The position numbers were made by a program, and so were the translations under genes. A stretch of 55,731 nucleotides of DNA, from assembly GCF_004010195.1 (NCBI RefSeq), contig NC_057754.1, positions 1,095,050-1,150,780 on the forward strand, read 5' to 3'. Within the stretch, counting starts at the first letter, position 1; the number at the start of each line of letters is the position of its first letter. Source of the DNA: Chiloscyllium plagiosum (Eukaryota). The notes beneath the pieces are model-generated. The model was given only the letters and a program-made list of their open reading frames with translations. It was not told the DNA's origin and searched no databases. Positions 1-12,179 of this stretch are shown piece after piece.

Positions 1-973
1 TGTTACTCTGAGCACTTACCCCCCCCCCGCCCCCCCCCCCCCCGCCACATTGGATTTGTAGGGATCAGTCAACAGTGTGGTCTTTTTTTTTAATAAAATC
101 CCTAACTTGGAAAAAAAACCTCTTCCCTTTAGTGTATTTATAAAATATCTTAGGGTTCTCCTTAATCCTATTCACAAATCCGTTTTTATTTCCCCGTTTT
201 CACTCTTCTAATTGCTTTCTTAAATTCCCTCTTATGCTTCCTGTATTTCTCTGGGGCCACAGCTGAGTTATTCCCTTTGGACTTGCTATTTTAGTTGGCT
301 TTAGTTAAGTATGAGGTATTCAGCTTGTGCAGTAACACCTTCCAGGCCACTGGGGGGGGTCAATGGTGTCATTTTGGGTGCAAACCCCACGAGGGTGCTG
401 CTGTTACCCCAAGCAGGGATGGAGCAAAGGAAGGAATTGCATCTAGATAGCAACTGCACCACCCTTGGGACATTGCCAGAAGAATATTTGGCAGCCAGTG
501 AGATAATTTTTGAAGTGTCGGCTTGGCCATATGCATATTAATCAAATGATTTATTAACTGGTCAGTTAATATCTGGAGGGTGAAATGTCAGGCCGTGAAT
601 ATTAGCCAGCCTTTGGTAACGGTAGTGTTTAAAGTTCATACCTACTGTACATACTGGCAGCCTATCAAGGCCTGTAAAGGGAATGTTTATTGTTTAATTC
701 TAGAGGGGCTGAATGGTCAGCTGTAACTAGGATGGGTGTCAGAGTGGAGTGGACCTCTTCAGGGGTGGGCAGTCCCAGAGAATCGGAATAACAAGCTGGG
801 CAGGCTGAGAGCACTGCATGCAGAGTGGGAAGGTTGAAGAAAAGGGTTACCATGGAGTGAGTGCTATGTGCTGAAGCTGGCTCAGGCCATCTCTGGGTTT
901 GAAATGACGTGTACCTGTCTGCGGCCATTCACTTGAGGAAAATTAACGTGTTATTTGCTTCTTTTCACTCCAG

Positions 974-1042
974 CTCTCGCTGAAATCCTCAGCGTTAAAG
1001 ACATCAGCGGGCGAAAGGTGTTCTATGTCCATTACATAGACT
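974..1042 (+). CDS. KAT5: KAT5 (Tip60) internal exon, Tudor-knot/chromodomain
   Basis: ttcactccag|CTCTCGCT...GACT|gtaagt, 69 nt. Translates (P)LAEILSVKDISGRKVFYVHYID, nearly identical to vertebrate Tip60 as recalled (PLAEILSVKDISGRKLFYVHYID). Confidence 0.96.
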
Positions 1043-1089
1043 GTAAGTATTATTCATAATGTCACACTTCACACAGTGCATTCCCATCT

Positions 1090-1437
1090 ATATAACCCGG
1101 GGGTACAGGACTGGTGGGGACAGGTCTATCCCTGTATAACACTGGGGTACAGTACTGGTGGGGACAGGCCTGTCACTGTATAACACTGGGGTACAGTACT
1201 AATGGGGATAGGTGTGTCACTGTATAACCCGGGGGTACAGTACTGGTGGGGACAGGCCTGTCCCTGTGTAACACTGGGGTACAGTACTGGTGGGGGACAG
1301 GTCTGTCCCTGTATAACACTGGGGTACAGTACTGGTGGGGACAGGTCTGTCACTGTATAACACTGGGGTACAGTACTGGTGGGGACAGGTCTGTCCCTGT
1401 ATAACACTGGGGTACAGTACTGGTGGGGACAGGTGTG
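1090..1437. repeat. 44-bp minisatellite, ~8 copies, in a KAT5 intron
   Basis: Unit CTGTATAACACTGGGGTACAGTACTGGTGGGGACAGGTCTGTC(A/C). Confidence 0.95.
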
Positions 1438-1745
1438 TTCAATAAATGTGTTGGGTGTGTGATAGCAGCAGTGAGTCTGGCTGGTGTTGATTGAAAGGAA
1501 AATACTGCACAAGGTGGGAATCTGAAGGTTTTGCCATGCTGTGGAGTGTGGTGGTTATCAGAGGTGAAGGTGTTTGCTGGAAAGGTGAGAAGGGTGGCAT
1601 CGAGGTAGTAATGTTGGTTCCGGGTAGTTGGGAGCCTGAGGAGTGTGGGGTCCAGCTGGTAATCCGGGGTGAGCGGCGTTTGGCTTTTCAGGTCTCTCTT
1701 TTCTCACTGGGCTGGGTGTTCAAGTCCAATCTTTTTTATTTATAG

Positions 1746-1882
1746 TTAACAAGCGTCTGGACGAGTGGGTGACTCCAGAAAGGTTGGATCTAAAGAAAAT
1801 CCAGTTCCCGAAAAAGGAAGCTAAGACTCCAACTAAGAATGGCCTCCCAGGATCCAGGCCGAGCTCTCCGGAGAGAGATCTG
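1746..1882 (+). CDS. KAT5: KAT5 internal exon
   Basis: ttttatttatag|TTAAC...GATCTG|gtaatg, 137 nt, phase compatible with the previous exon. Translates FNKRLDEWVTPERLDLKKIQFPKKEAKTPTKNGLPGSRPSSPERDL. Confidence 0.96.
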
Positions 1883-2663
1883 GTAATGACCCTCATAAAC
1901 GTCTCCAGAGATAGAGAGAGAGACATAAAGGATACAGGGTGCAAAGAGAGAGAAAGAGATGCTACGTGAGGAGGACAGAGAGAGGGGTCTCCGAGGCCAG
2001 ACAGGGAGTCTGCGAGGGGAGGACAGAGAGAAATGGGGCCAGTAAGGAGTGGATGGGGAGCAGTGTTGTGGGGGTGGGGGGAGCGATGGGGATGAAGAGG
2101 GGGAGAGAGAGGCTAAAAATTCAGAGTCCACTTGACAATGGGTCAAAACCCTCTCCTCATGTAGTTTAAATGGCTTTTCCCTTTGGGATTTGATATTCTT
2201 GCAGTTCTGTCCTGATGGATGGATAAATAAGCTTTATCAGCATCCGTCTATTCTTTTAGCGATAGTCCAGTTCTGTGCTACCAAGTGACTCTTGGTTTGA
2301 CTGTGCACATTCCACCTGATACTGTGACAAATGGACTCAAATTCAACTTGTCTCACTCTCTGGCAAATGACAGGCCTGGTTTCAGGTTTGAGGATCAATA
2401 TTTTGACCATTCCTCCAAATTTTACATTTCACTATTAGAGTAAGCGTGGTCCCCATTCTCCTCCATATGTGCAACACGGTCCAGTGGTACAGGCCAACAC
2501 AGATAAGAGTGAAGTGATGCTTTCACACAGCAGGTTACTAAAGCTAATGACGCAAAGGTTCAGTTCAAAGGCAATTTGAAAAAAAGATTCGAAGGGCTGG
2601 GATTAAAAGGAGATGGGCAAAGAGCCAGAGAGTGGGATTAGAATAGACAGCTCAAGGAGATAA

Positions 2664-2755
2664 GAGCTGAAAATGCGTTGCTGGAAAAGCGCAGCAGGTC
2701 AGGCAGCATCCAAGGAGCAGGAGAATCGACGTTTCGGGCATGAGCCCTTCTTCAG
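2664..2755 (-). mobile_element. ~90-nt hammerhead-bearing short element with 16-bp target-site duplication
   Basis: CAGCTCAAGGAGATAA occurs at 2648-2663 and 2753-2768. The body is shared with copies at ~11475-11550 and 13188-13348. Confidence 0.75.
2724..2755 (-). ncRNA. Minimal hammerhead ribozyme core in a short repeat element
   Basis: Minus strand CTGAAGA-A-GGGC-TCAT-GCCC-GAAAC-GTC-GATT. Shows the CUGANGA box, a 4-bp stem II, the GAAA box and a GUC cleavage triplet. Stem I 5' arm is truncated at the insertion boundary. Confidence 0.65.
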
Positions 2756-3972
2756 CTCAAGGAGATAACCCCAGCACAATGGATGGAAAACCATTTTATT
2801 CAATTATGGGGATATTGGTGTTGCTGGCAAGGTAGGCATTTATTGTCCATCCTTCGTTGCCCCCAAGGTGCTAATGATACAACTCATGTCTTGCTAAAAC
2901 ACTTCAGGGGCATTTGAGAGTCAAACACGCTGGCGAGGACTGGAGCAGATTTCCTTCCCTCAAAGATATTTGTGAACTGCTCACATTTTTACGACAATCC
3001 CTCATGCTTCAAGGCCACTTTTACTGATAATGACCATTATTAATCCCAGATTTCCTTTTCAAACGGAATTCAAATTTGCAAGATGCCAAGTTGGGATTTG
3101 AACTCGGTTTCTCTGGACTATCAATGTATTTCCCATTGTTGGTAAATAGAAGTGTCGAAGTAAACGCTAAGCTGTTTGAAATGCACTAAAAGAAAGAGCC
3201 GAATTGTAGCTTCAAATTGTTCGGAATGATATTTTCATTTGCACTCTCTAAGACTCATCATATGTTTATGCGAATCATGGGATTTTATTTTAAGCTTTGC
3301 TGTCTTATTTCCTATTCAACCATCTGAGATCCACACTCTGCCTAAAGTTCAGTCACTCACGCCCACTGTATTGGCTCCGATGTGTACAGCTGCATATCCA
3401 GATGTAGCATCCTTCCAGCTAATACCTGTAACTGGCACCGTCTGCTGCACTGCCCCCAGTTTCCCCTCCTCTTCCCCCCCCCCCCCCATCCTGAGGTCAG
3501 GGACTGAGCACAGTGACAGCAGGTGAAGTCTGACCAGGGTTTTGTGTACACCTTTCAGCTACAGGCCCCTCAACGTCACGGCCGACTTCCCCTTCGCCTC
3601 ATTCAGTTCTGGTTTTTGTTATCCTTGTCTACGAGCTTTTAATGATCTCTTAGACCCTCCCCCACCCCCACCCCCACCCAAACACCTCTGCCCCTTGTTA
3701 CTTGCTGCATGAGCTGGTCTCAGTTGGGTGGCCATGGGGGTGTTTCTCGTGGCCGGGATTGAGATGGAGAGAGAGAGAGAGGGGTGAGGATATGGGATGG
3801 AGTCGGTGGTGGTGGGGGGGGGGGGTGGTGGTGAGGGGAGGTGTAGGGTTGGAGGCAGCAGGAACAAGGGTGGGGTAGCGAGGCCCTGGAACGTGTTGAA
3901 GCCTGGCAAAAGCAGCCGTATTTGTGTTGTTGGACCGTGTACGTGAGTAACCTAATCTCTATTCCTCCTCAG

Positions 3973-4038
3973 AAGAAGACACTCGATCTTTCACTGCACA
4001 CATCAGCAGCAGGGATTGGCAAAACCATTCCAACACCG
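3973..4038 (+). CDS. KAT5: KAT5 66-nt symmetric exon (linker region)
   Basis: cctcctcag|AAGAAG...ACACCG|gtactg, phase 0/0. Translates KKTLDLSLHTSAAGIGKTIPTP, resembling the GKTLP(I/T)P linker motif of vertebrate KAT5. Confidence 0.8.
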
Positions 4039-4809
4039 GTACTGCAGATTTCTTAATCCTGTTCCAAGAGGGCTGTCTCTACCTTCCAGTTGATGTTATT
4101 AATGACAGTCAGTGCAGTGCCTCTGTCCCAGCCACAGCCATTTAAATTGCTTGTTCATTTCTTTTGATGATTACTGGTCCCCATTGCCTCCACCCATCCC
4201 CCTCCCTCTCACCAGTCACCCTGGGCTTTATTGGAGGGCATCTTAATGACCTCCCTGACTCTGTACTCTGCCACCGCATCACTGCAGAGACTGGCAGAGG
4301 TTATTTGTCCCTCTTCATTCCTCCTCCTGATTGTTTACAGTTCAGCTGCATCATAGCTCCCTGCTAGTTTGGATAGAAGTTCACCAGCCTCTGATTGGGG
4401 GGGGGGGGTCCCACAGACTAGGCTTCCGTTCCCTCGAGTGTCGAAGGTTAAGGGGTGACTGCATCTCGGGCTTTGGGATGATTTGGTAAAACAAAACAGG
4501 GTCAATCATGGTGTTGGTGGTGAGCAGCCCCAGCCTGGGGTTGGTGAAAAGGATTCATTCGGGTCCGTGGAGGGGAATCTCCAGGCAGGAGCTGCCCACT
4601 GGGAAATGCCAAAACTGAGATTAATCTGTTTTTTTTTTCTTTGTAACTGGGGGGTGGGTTTGTGAAGTTGCAGGATCAAAGTGGGGAGACAGTTTAGTTG
4701 TGAGCTAACTGAATGAATGGTGGAATTTGGCTCACCGCATCTTCCAGTCACTATTTCCCGTCCTCCCTTCACCCATTAACAATGCCTGCCTGTTTTCCTG
4801 GCAGGAAGG

Positions 4810-5110
4810 GGTGGCACGGTGGCTCAGTGGTTAGCGTTGCTGCGTTACAGCACCAGGGTCCCAGGTTCGATTCCACCCTCCGGCAACTGTCTGTGTGGAA
4901 GTTGCACATTCTCCCCGTGGTCTGCGTGGGGTTCCTCCCACAATCCAAAGGTGTGAAGGTTCGATGGATTGGCTGTGCTACAGTGCCTTGCAGTGACCAG
5001 GGATGTGTAGGTGGATTGCCTGTGGGAAATGCAGGGATAGGGTAAGTCTAGGAGGGACCCTGTTAGAAGGGTCAGTATGGGCTTGGTGTACACATTGCAG
5101 GGATTCTATG
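4810..5110 (+). mobile_element. tRNA-derived SINE (HE1/V-SINE-like)
   Basis: A box tggctcagtgg, B box ggttcgattcc, central tgtgtggaagttgcacattctccccgtg. Related copies at 10749 and 43585. Confidence 0.8.
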
Positions 5111-5714
5111 AGTCTAACGACTTGGGACAGTGTTGGGGCGAGTTGGGGACAGAGTCATTGGATCGGTGTTAGGCTAGTATCCGTTAAGAGTTTAGAATAC
5201 TGAGAGATGATCTTATTGAAACATATAAAGTCCTGAGAGGATGTTTCCCGTCACAGGGGATGTCTAGAACAAGGAGACACACCCTCAGGATGGGAGGGGC
5301 TGGGGTCCATGGAGATGAGGAGGAATCCCTTGACTCCTAGGGTCATGAGTTTGTAGAATTCTCTTCCACCAAAGACGAGTGGAGTCTGGGCCACTAGGTA
5401 CATTCAAGACCGAGTTAGAGGTTTTGAATTGATGAGGGAATTCAGTGTGGGGTGGGGATCTCACCCCCGTCCCTGTGTGAGCTCTGGCCTCAGCTGACAT
5501 CTCCTTGATGATTGAGAGTGGGACTGACAAACTCGAGTCGGGGTAGTTTTAACCAACTGAAGTGCTCAGTTACCTGAAACAATGCCCTTAGTTTAATGGA
5601 TGAATCGCTTGCCTGCTTTGGGCCAGTCTGGCCTGGGTGAAGGGGACAGCATGTTAAAACTCTCCAGCTTCTCACTCCTGAACGCCACCCTGGTGAGTCT
5701 GGGTGTGATTACTC

Positions 5715-6090
5715 TTCCCTTCTGGATCACAAGGGTCTGAGTGTTAGCCCCATGCTGGAGGCCTGAGCCCCGTATTCCAGGTCAGCACTCCCAGCACAGT
5801 GCTGGGCCAGGAGAGCGTTGCCATTTTGGTGGGGGAGGGGTGTCCCTTTTATTTTTGATGGACCCTTCTCACGTGTAAGTGAAATAATCCACAATTGCTA
5901 TTTTGTAAAAGTGAGAGAGTTCACCCACTGCCCTCAGTGGTAATCCCTGTGTCCAGTGCTACAGATAGAGTATCTGGTCATTTATTTAATTGGGGGCTGT
6001 TGCTTTGTGTCTGGCTGCTGCATTTCCTTCTGTAAAGTCTGGAATTGGCTGCGGAGCTTTGAGACACCCTGAGGTGGGGAAAGGAGCTGG
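5715..6090 (+). mobile_element. Diverged SINE, possibly Deu-domain type
   Basis: Contains tatctggtcatt...tggctgctgcatttcc...gctttgagacaccctgagg motifs recalled from Deu/L2-tail SINEs. Highly diverged. Confidence 0.4.
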
Positions 6091-8766
6091 AGAAATAGGA
6101 ACCTTGCGTACCGTGTACAGTCCTGTTGTGTATTGTACTGTGTCTGTGAGTAACTTAGCAATGTTCAGTCGACTATGACCCACAAGCAGACTGGGCCCTC
6201 TGTGAATGGATTTCTGGATCATGGGGTTTTTTTTGCCATTACACAAGGCCAGCCACCCTGCTTTAACGTGGCAGCAACTCATCAGTAGTGTACTCCCTGG
6301 TGACAAGACCTTACCCCCTGGACCAACAGCCATTTGTTTCTGTGCCAGTGTGACTGCCACATTCCCTACATTGGTGGTCCTGCCCTGCAGTGGTGAAAGG
6401 GGCTTTTCTTTTTCATATAAATGCAAGTCTCTCACTGTGGGTAGGTGATGGGGGAAGAGACTATAATTACACCAGTATTGATGGGCGAGGGAGGGGGCTC
6501 TAATGAGAAAGCAGTGTTCCACTCCCCGTGCCTCCCCAATCCTTAGCTGGACGACATGTGTGTGCATGTGTTTGGTGAAGCCAGCACCGTATTTAGATGA
6601 GCCACTGTCAGAAACCCATTGCATAGTCTTCGGCTCAAGTTGCAACGGTAATGGGTCCCTGTACAACAGGTAGCCTGGTTCAGGTTAATAGCCGGGGGAG
6701 CAGCAACTCTTATAGCTCAGCTTGGGACTGTTAGTGCTTGAGTGACCAACTGATTCATCTAGCGGCTCCCCTCCTGCCTGAATGGAGCCTTCATGTCGAG
6801 AGAGTCCGACTTCCTGGTCCCTGGGCCGTGGAGTATCGGAATCCCACTGTCCACAATGTCTCAATGTCGATTTCCTAAGACACTTCACAGGAACGTAAAT
6901 CCCAGGCAGAATGAGGGCGATATCAGGGGCTCGCTCGGTGTAAAGGAGGAGAGAGAGCCAGAGAGGTTTACTGAGGGAGTTTCGCAGCTTGATGTCTCAG
7001 GCAGCTGAAGGCACCAGTGGTGGGCCGATGGAAAGCGGTGGATGCTCAAGAGGCTGGAGTTGGAGGAGCACAGAGATCTTGGAGGGTTGTAGGGGCTGGC
7101 GGAGGTGACAGCGATAGGGAGGAGGCCACAGTGGGGATTTGGAGACCAGCTGAGCATCAATCAGTCAGGCTGCCATTGGTCACTCTACCAGGATAACCTG
7201 TTGTGTCTCTTTCTCCCCCTTCTATGGTATTGTGTGGAGCAGGGCTTGCCTTACTTAGCCTCAAGTGCTAGTTTACAAAGGGTCTCTGTCGTGAAGATAC
7301 CAGACAGGACCAACAGCATCGAAAACGTCACAAAAAATTTGTTATCCGTGAGTTGCCTTTATACTTGTTTGACCGCTTGCTGGTGATTTGAGTCAGTTGT
7401 GATGCAATTTAACCCCTTTCTAGCCCCGTAGTACCCATGTTCTGGATTGTTACTCCCCGCCCCACACTCCCTCTCGGATCGGATGCCCAATACATCGGCA
7501 CCACAGCCACCCATTAAAATGTCTCCGTGGCTTTCTGTTGTGTTGGCGTGTGCTCTAGCCAGCACAACCACCGTACCCCCAAACCTTAGCGCCACAGTCT
7601 GGTATCTGACCTGTCATCCCTGGGTGCCAGCAAGTGTCCATCCAATACAAACCTGGTTTTATGATGGCAGCCCTGCAGGCCGGGGACAAAGGGGAGAAAG
7701 CTGCAGGGCCCTGGTGGGAGATCAGTCCTCTGCTCTTTGAGTTTAAATGTGTCCATCGTCCAAGGAGTGAGTGACGTTGGGTTATACTACTGTAACCTCT
7801 CCTCATGTTGGGTTAGATTACTGTATCTGCGTCCAGACCTGTGCTCTATGTCACACTGCCGCGCTACCTTTGGCCAGGCCGGCTGTCCACATTTACAATG
7901 GGAACTCCCTAAGTAAACATGTCACGGCGCAGCAGCACCTCCACTGGTGAGAGGGTGCAACCACAGCGTGACCTGTTTACATGGGAACCGCCCAGTTTGG
8001 GGTACTTTTGGCAGAATGTGCACAACGGTGGTGAATATATCTGATAGGAGACAGGCTGAATGGGGGAATAGAAATGTTTTGCAATGTTCCCAATGATTTG
8101 AGTGTATCTTTGCTTTAACTCCTTGCTTTCTGCAATCTGGTCAGGTGCGTTATAGACTGCAGCCCGGACGACCTTTCACTCTGGCAAACTTGCTGACTTT
8201 GCGTCCAACTTGAAATCCAATCTGCCCTTCCATCCTGTGTACCCCCACCCTGGCCCAGTGAGCCATCTGACTAGTCATGAGCTTGTCTCCGAATCCTTCA
8301 CCTTCCAATGGCAGTGTCACACACATCGATTAATAGAGACAAGATTCTCTTCAAACCCACTGCTTTCTAAGTCCTTTGCTTGCTGTCAGTCAGCAGGCGC
8401 TGTTACTACTGGGTATTCCTTAGTTCAGGAACAGGGGGCCATTCGACATCTCCAACCCCACCTTCCCCCCCCCCCCCCCCAACTTGGACCATTTATATGG
8501 GAATAAAGAAATCCTTCAGCCCCTTGAGCAAGCCCCCTCCTTGTGCCTATTATGTGGGACCAGCAGGAGGTCCACTTAGCCCCCTTCATACCTGTTAGCC
8601 CCGTATCACTCAATATCCTCACCCAACAGAAATCTCAAAATCTTACCCTTGAAAGGCTGGGTTATCCCTCAGCGAGCCTGTTGGTGGAAGGGGTGCAGTG
8701 GGAATGCAGGTCGAGGTTTCCAGATCCTTTGCTGATGTAGAATTGGGGAAATGGCTCCCAGTAGAC

Positions 8767-9266
8767 NNNNNNNNNNNNNNNNNNNNNNNNNNNNNNNNNN
8801 NNNNNNNNNNNNNNNNNNNNNNNNNNNNNNNNNNNNNNNNNNNNNNNNNNNNNNNNNNNNNNNNNNNNNNNNNNNNNNNNNNNNNNNNNNNNNNNNNNNN
8901 NNNNNNNNNNNNNNNNNNNNNNNNNNNNNNNNNNNNNNNNNNNNNNNNNNNNNNNNNNNNNNNNNNNNNNNNNNNNNNNNNNNNNNNNNNNNNNNNNNNN
9001 NNNNNNNNNNNNNNNNNNNNNNNNNNNNNNNNNNNNNNNNNNNNNNNNNNNNNNNNNNNNNNNNNNNNNNNNNNNNNNNNNNNNNNNNNNNNNNNNNNNN
9101 NNNNNNNNNNNNNNNNNNNNNNNNNNNNNNNNNNNNNNNNNNNNNNNNNNNNNNNNNNNNNNNNNNNNNNNNNNNNNNNNNNNNNNNNNNNNNNNNNNNN
9201 NNNNNNNNNNNNNNNNNNNNNNNNNNNNNNNNNNNNNNNNNNNNNNNNNNNNNNNNNNNNNNNNNN
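8767..9266. other. Assembly gap, exactly 500 N
   Basis: N run. The round size suggests an unsized scaffolding join. Confidence 0.98.
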
Positions 9267-10325
9267 AGGTGTATTTCTCGTTCACTCTGAGACGTAATCA
9301 GCAGGCACATCCTAACAGCAGTAGGAACATCGTGAATCTATTCTGCCTTCATTGCAGCATCTGCAAGAATTAGGAGTCGCAATGCACTCAACTGCAGCAG
9401 AGTTAAATGGTCAGGGTATACTGTTGGATTCCAAACCTATCCTCCTCTCACCTCCTCTTCCCTGGTGCAGCTAGCGTTTGCTGTGAATTGCTAGTCACTT
9501 ACTCCGTTTAGCAATATGGTGACCTGAAAGTGCCTGTGGACTGTAAATTATGACCCAGCGATGATACAAGCCAGCTGGATATTGATTTGGATTGTTACCT
9601 GGTCTGTTTGACAATTATTAAAATGGACATTCAGATACGTTTCAGATTAAATTTCTTTCTCGCCTGCTTTGTCTTTTTCATCAGGGACTGAAGCGATTAT
9701 CATGAATGTGGGCTGGAATGTATACGGCTGGCACATGTAATGGGGACAGCATTGATTCAGTAGGTTCCGTCTCCCTCCCTGCTCTGTCACTTCAGAACCA
9801 AGTGCTCGGGCTTGGGTTCTCGGAGGTCTGTCCCAAGGCCCAGCTTCAGGGTTTTGGTAAATTGTCAGAAAATGAGCTGGCGCTGGAGCCATGATCCTGA
9901 GCCCACTCTCTCTCCCCTCCTGTGGTGTTAGGTTCTGAAAACCTCAGACTTTGTCGCTGTGCATGTACAGGCTGCCATTCACTCTCGCTGTTTAGCTTGT
10001 GCGACCATTTGAGAGAATGGGATGCAGGAAAGGATGTTACTAGCTCCTTTCATGGAGCCTGCAGTTTAGAATATCATACAAATTAGGAGTAGGCCACTCA
10101 GCCCCTCCAGAGCCTTTCAGTCCGGTCACTGCCTTGCATTGCCACCTACCCTGCTATCCCTGACACTCTCTGACTCGCTAGTCAGTCAAGAATTTGTCAC
10201 CCGCTGCCCCTAAAAAAACTGCCATCTGGTTAAAGCTGTCTCTGTGCTAGAAATCTGAGGAGACTGGGATGTGAGGGTGAGAGTAAAGCTGCAGGACTGT
10301 ATCGTTTCACCTTCCTGTGTTTTAG

Positions 10326-10407
10326 TGAGGAGAAGGAAGAGGAGACTGTGGAGGATCAGGAGGTGAAGGGAGAGAGCGAGGCTGCTGATGAAGGAACACT
10401 GGAGAAG
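10326..10407 (+). CDS. GANAB: GANAB exon 7 (acidic linker), opposite strand to exons 1-6
   Basis: tgtgttttag|T...GAGAAG|gtaagt. The phase-2 start fits the end of exon 5 or 6. Translates EEKEEETVEDQEVKGESEAADEGTLEK. Confidence 0.85.
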
Positions 10408-10748
10408 GTAAGTGGTAGCTGCAGGACACTGTGTGTGAGTGCACGCGTGTGCCCATGCCCCTGTATGTCTAAGCGATGGTAAACATGTGCCCACGCTCCC
10501 ATGGTAAATATGTGCAGAACAAGCTGTTCATACCTTCTGCTTTGCAGGAAATGACTTCTCCTAATACCCACTGCTGCCCAAGCAGGCACTTCCTACGCAA
10601 TCTCTACTACTTACAGGGAACTGAAACCCAGGGTATCCTGGAGAATTCACCCACAAGCCCCTCAACACTGCCTATGCCCCTTTCATACTGGAAGAGTCTA
10701 GTGCCTTTGTGTTGTCTTTATCCAGTATGATTCAGGGTTGGGGGTGGG

Positions 10749-11030
10749 GGCGTGCGACTCAGCAGTTAACACTGCTGCCTCAGTGCCAGGGACCCTAGTT
10801 CAATACAGCCTCGGGTGACTGTCTGTTTGGAGTTTGCACATTCTCCCCTCATGTTTGCGTGGGTTTCCTCCCACAATCCAAAGGTGTGCAGGTTAGAGTG
10901 GATTGGTCATACTAAATTGTCCTTCATGTTCAGGCTAGGTGGATTAGCTATGGGAAATACAGGGATCAATTAAGGAGGGTGACTCTCAATGGGCCAAATA
11001 GGCTCTGTCAGCACTGTAGGGATTCTATCA
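10749..11030 (+). mobile_element. tRNA-derived SINE (HE1/V-SINE-like)
   Basis: Same family as 4810-5110, with ggagtttgcacattctcccc, gggtttcctcccacaatccaaag and a ctgtagggattctat tail. Confidence 0.78.
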
Positions 11031-11329
11031 TCCCTGCCCTGCCCTGGTCTGGTTTTGTCTTGGAAGTAAACCTTCATCATGCAGTGTAGAAGTTGACTGG
11101 TGAGAGCCAGACATTCTCCACTTCTGCACTTCAACGTCTGTCCACATTCCCTGGTGTGTCAGTGAAGGCACTGTCCCATCTAGTTATGGTCTTGTAGATA
11201 GCTGTCAGGTTGACCTTACCTTGTGTCTGGGAGCTGAGAGATCATGTGCTGACACAGCAAGAATGTTCCTCTTTTAGATCTCAGGGACCGATCCCTGCCT
11301 TATCCCAGGGCCAACCTTTCAACTCGACA

Positions 11330-11552
11330 CCGTCCTTATGATCTATCCTACTTGTCCATCTTCCTTCCTACCTATCCACTCCACCCTCCTCTCTCTGACC
11401 CATTGCCATTGCCCCCACCTTCATCACCTATCTCACACTCCGCCACCTCTCCACCCCCTCGGCTCACACCCTCATTCCTGATGAAGGGCTTTTCCTGCTC
11501 CTCAGCTGCTGTCTGACCTGCTGTGCTTTTCCAGCACCACACTCTCGACTTG
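11330..11552 (+). mobile_element. Longer copy of the same short element family, hammerhead partly deleted
   Basis: A pyrimidine-rich leader is followed by cattcCTGATGAAGGGCTTT, with the GCCCGAAAC half missing, then the shared tail cctgctcctcagctgctgtctgacctgctgtgcttttccagca. Confidence 0.6.
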
Positions 11553-11796
11553 GGTCTCGGGGGCCATCAGTGTAAGAATCTGGTCAGGAATACCAGAGAA
11601 ACTTCCTCACTCAAAGTGGGTGGGCCTCTCTCCCACAGCGCTGGTCAAGGTGAATAATGTTGATGTATGTTTGAAGGGTGGGGGGGGATGCACAAGAGAG
11701 ACAAGGGAATATGGTGGGGGTGGAGTGAGAATGGGTAGAGTAAAAATGACCGCGTGGATCTGATATGTTTGTTATAATTGTATATTCCGTTATCAG

Positions 11797-11896
11797 CCTG
11801 AAGATAAAGACTCCCAGAAGGAGAGTGAAGAGAAAGAGGACGAGTCTGCAATGTGGGAGGAAACGTTTAAAACTCACACTGACTCCAAACCCAATG
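11797..11896 (+). CDS. GANAB: GANAB exon 8
   Basis: tatcag|CCT...AATG|gtaatg. Translates PEDKDSQKESEEKEDESAMWEETFKTHTDSKPN(G), with the conserved WEETFKTHxDSKP motif. Confidence 0.96.
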
Positions 11897-12179
11897 GTAA
11901 TGTCAGGGGAACCGGCTTCAGTCCCATTACTGCCTGGTCACTGAGCAATACTCGGGCAGGGGTGGGGGCTACCCTGACTTCAGTCTCATTTCTGTGATCA
12001 GGGAGTAAACTGTACAAACACTGTTGTATTAAGGTTCCGGGGCATGGGGTGGGTTAAGTGAAATATTGATTCCTTGATTGAGTTTACTACATCGTTCACG
12101 CCAGCACAATTTCCTTCAGGAATGGTGGTTTGTAACTTGACCTGGATATATCTGAGGTACTAGGTCAGGTCCTAATTGA

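Noticed and set aside
4813..4880. tRNA gene
   Set aside because: The A/B boxes run into SINE body sequence repeated elsewhere in the window, so this is a SINE head.
5986..6666. 226 aa minus-strand ORF
   Set aside because: It has no recognisable domain, partly overlaps a SINE remnant and is antisense within a KAT5 intron.
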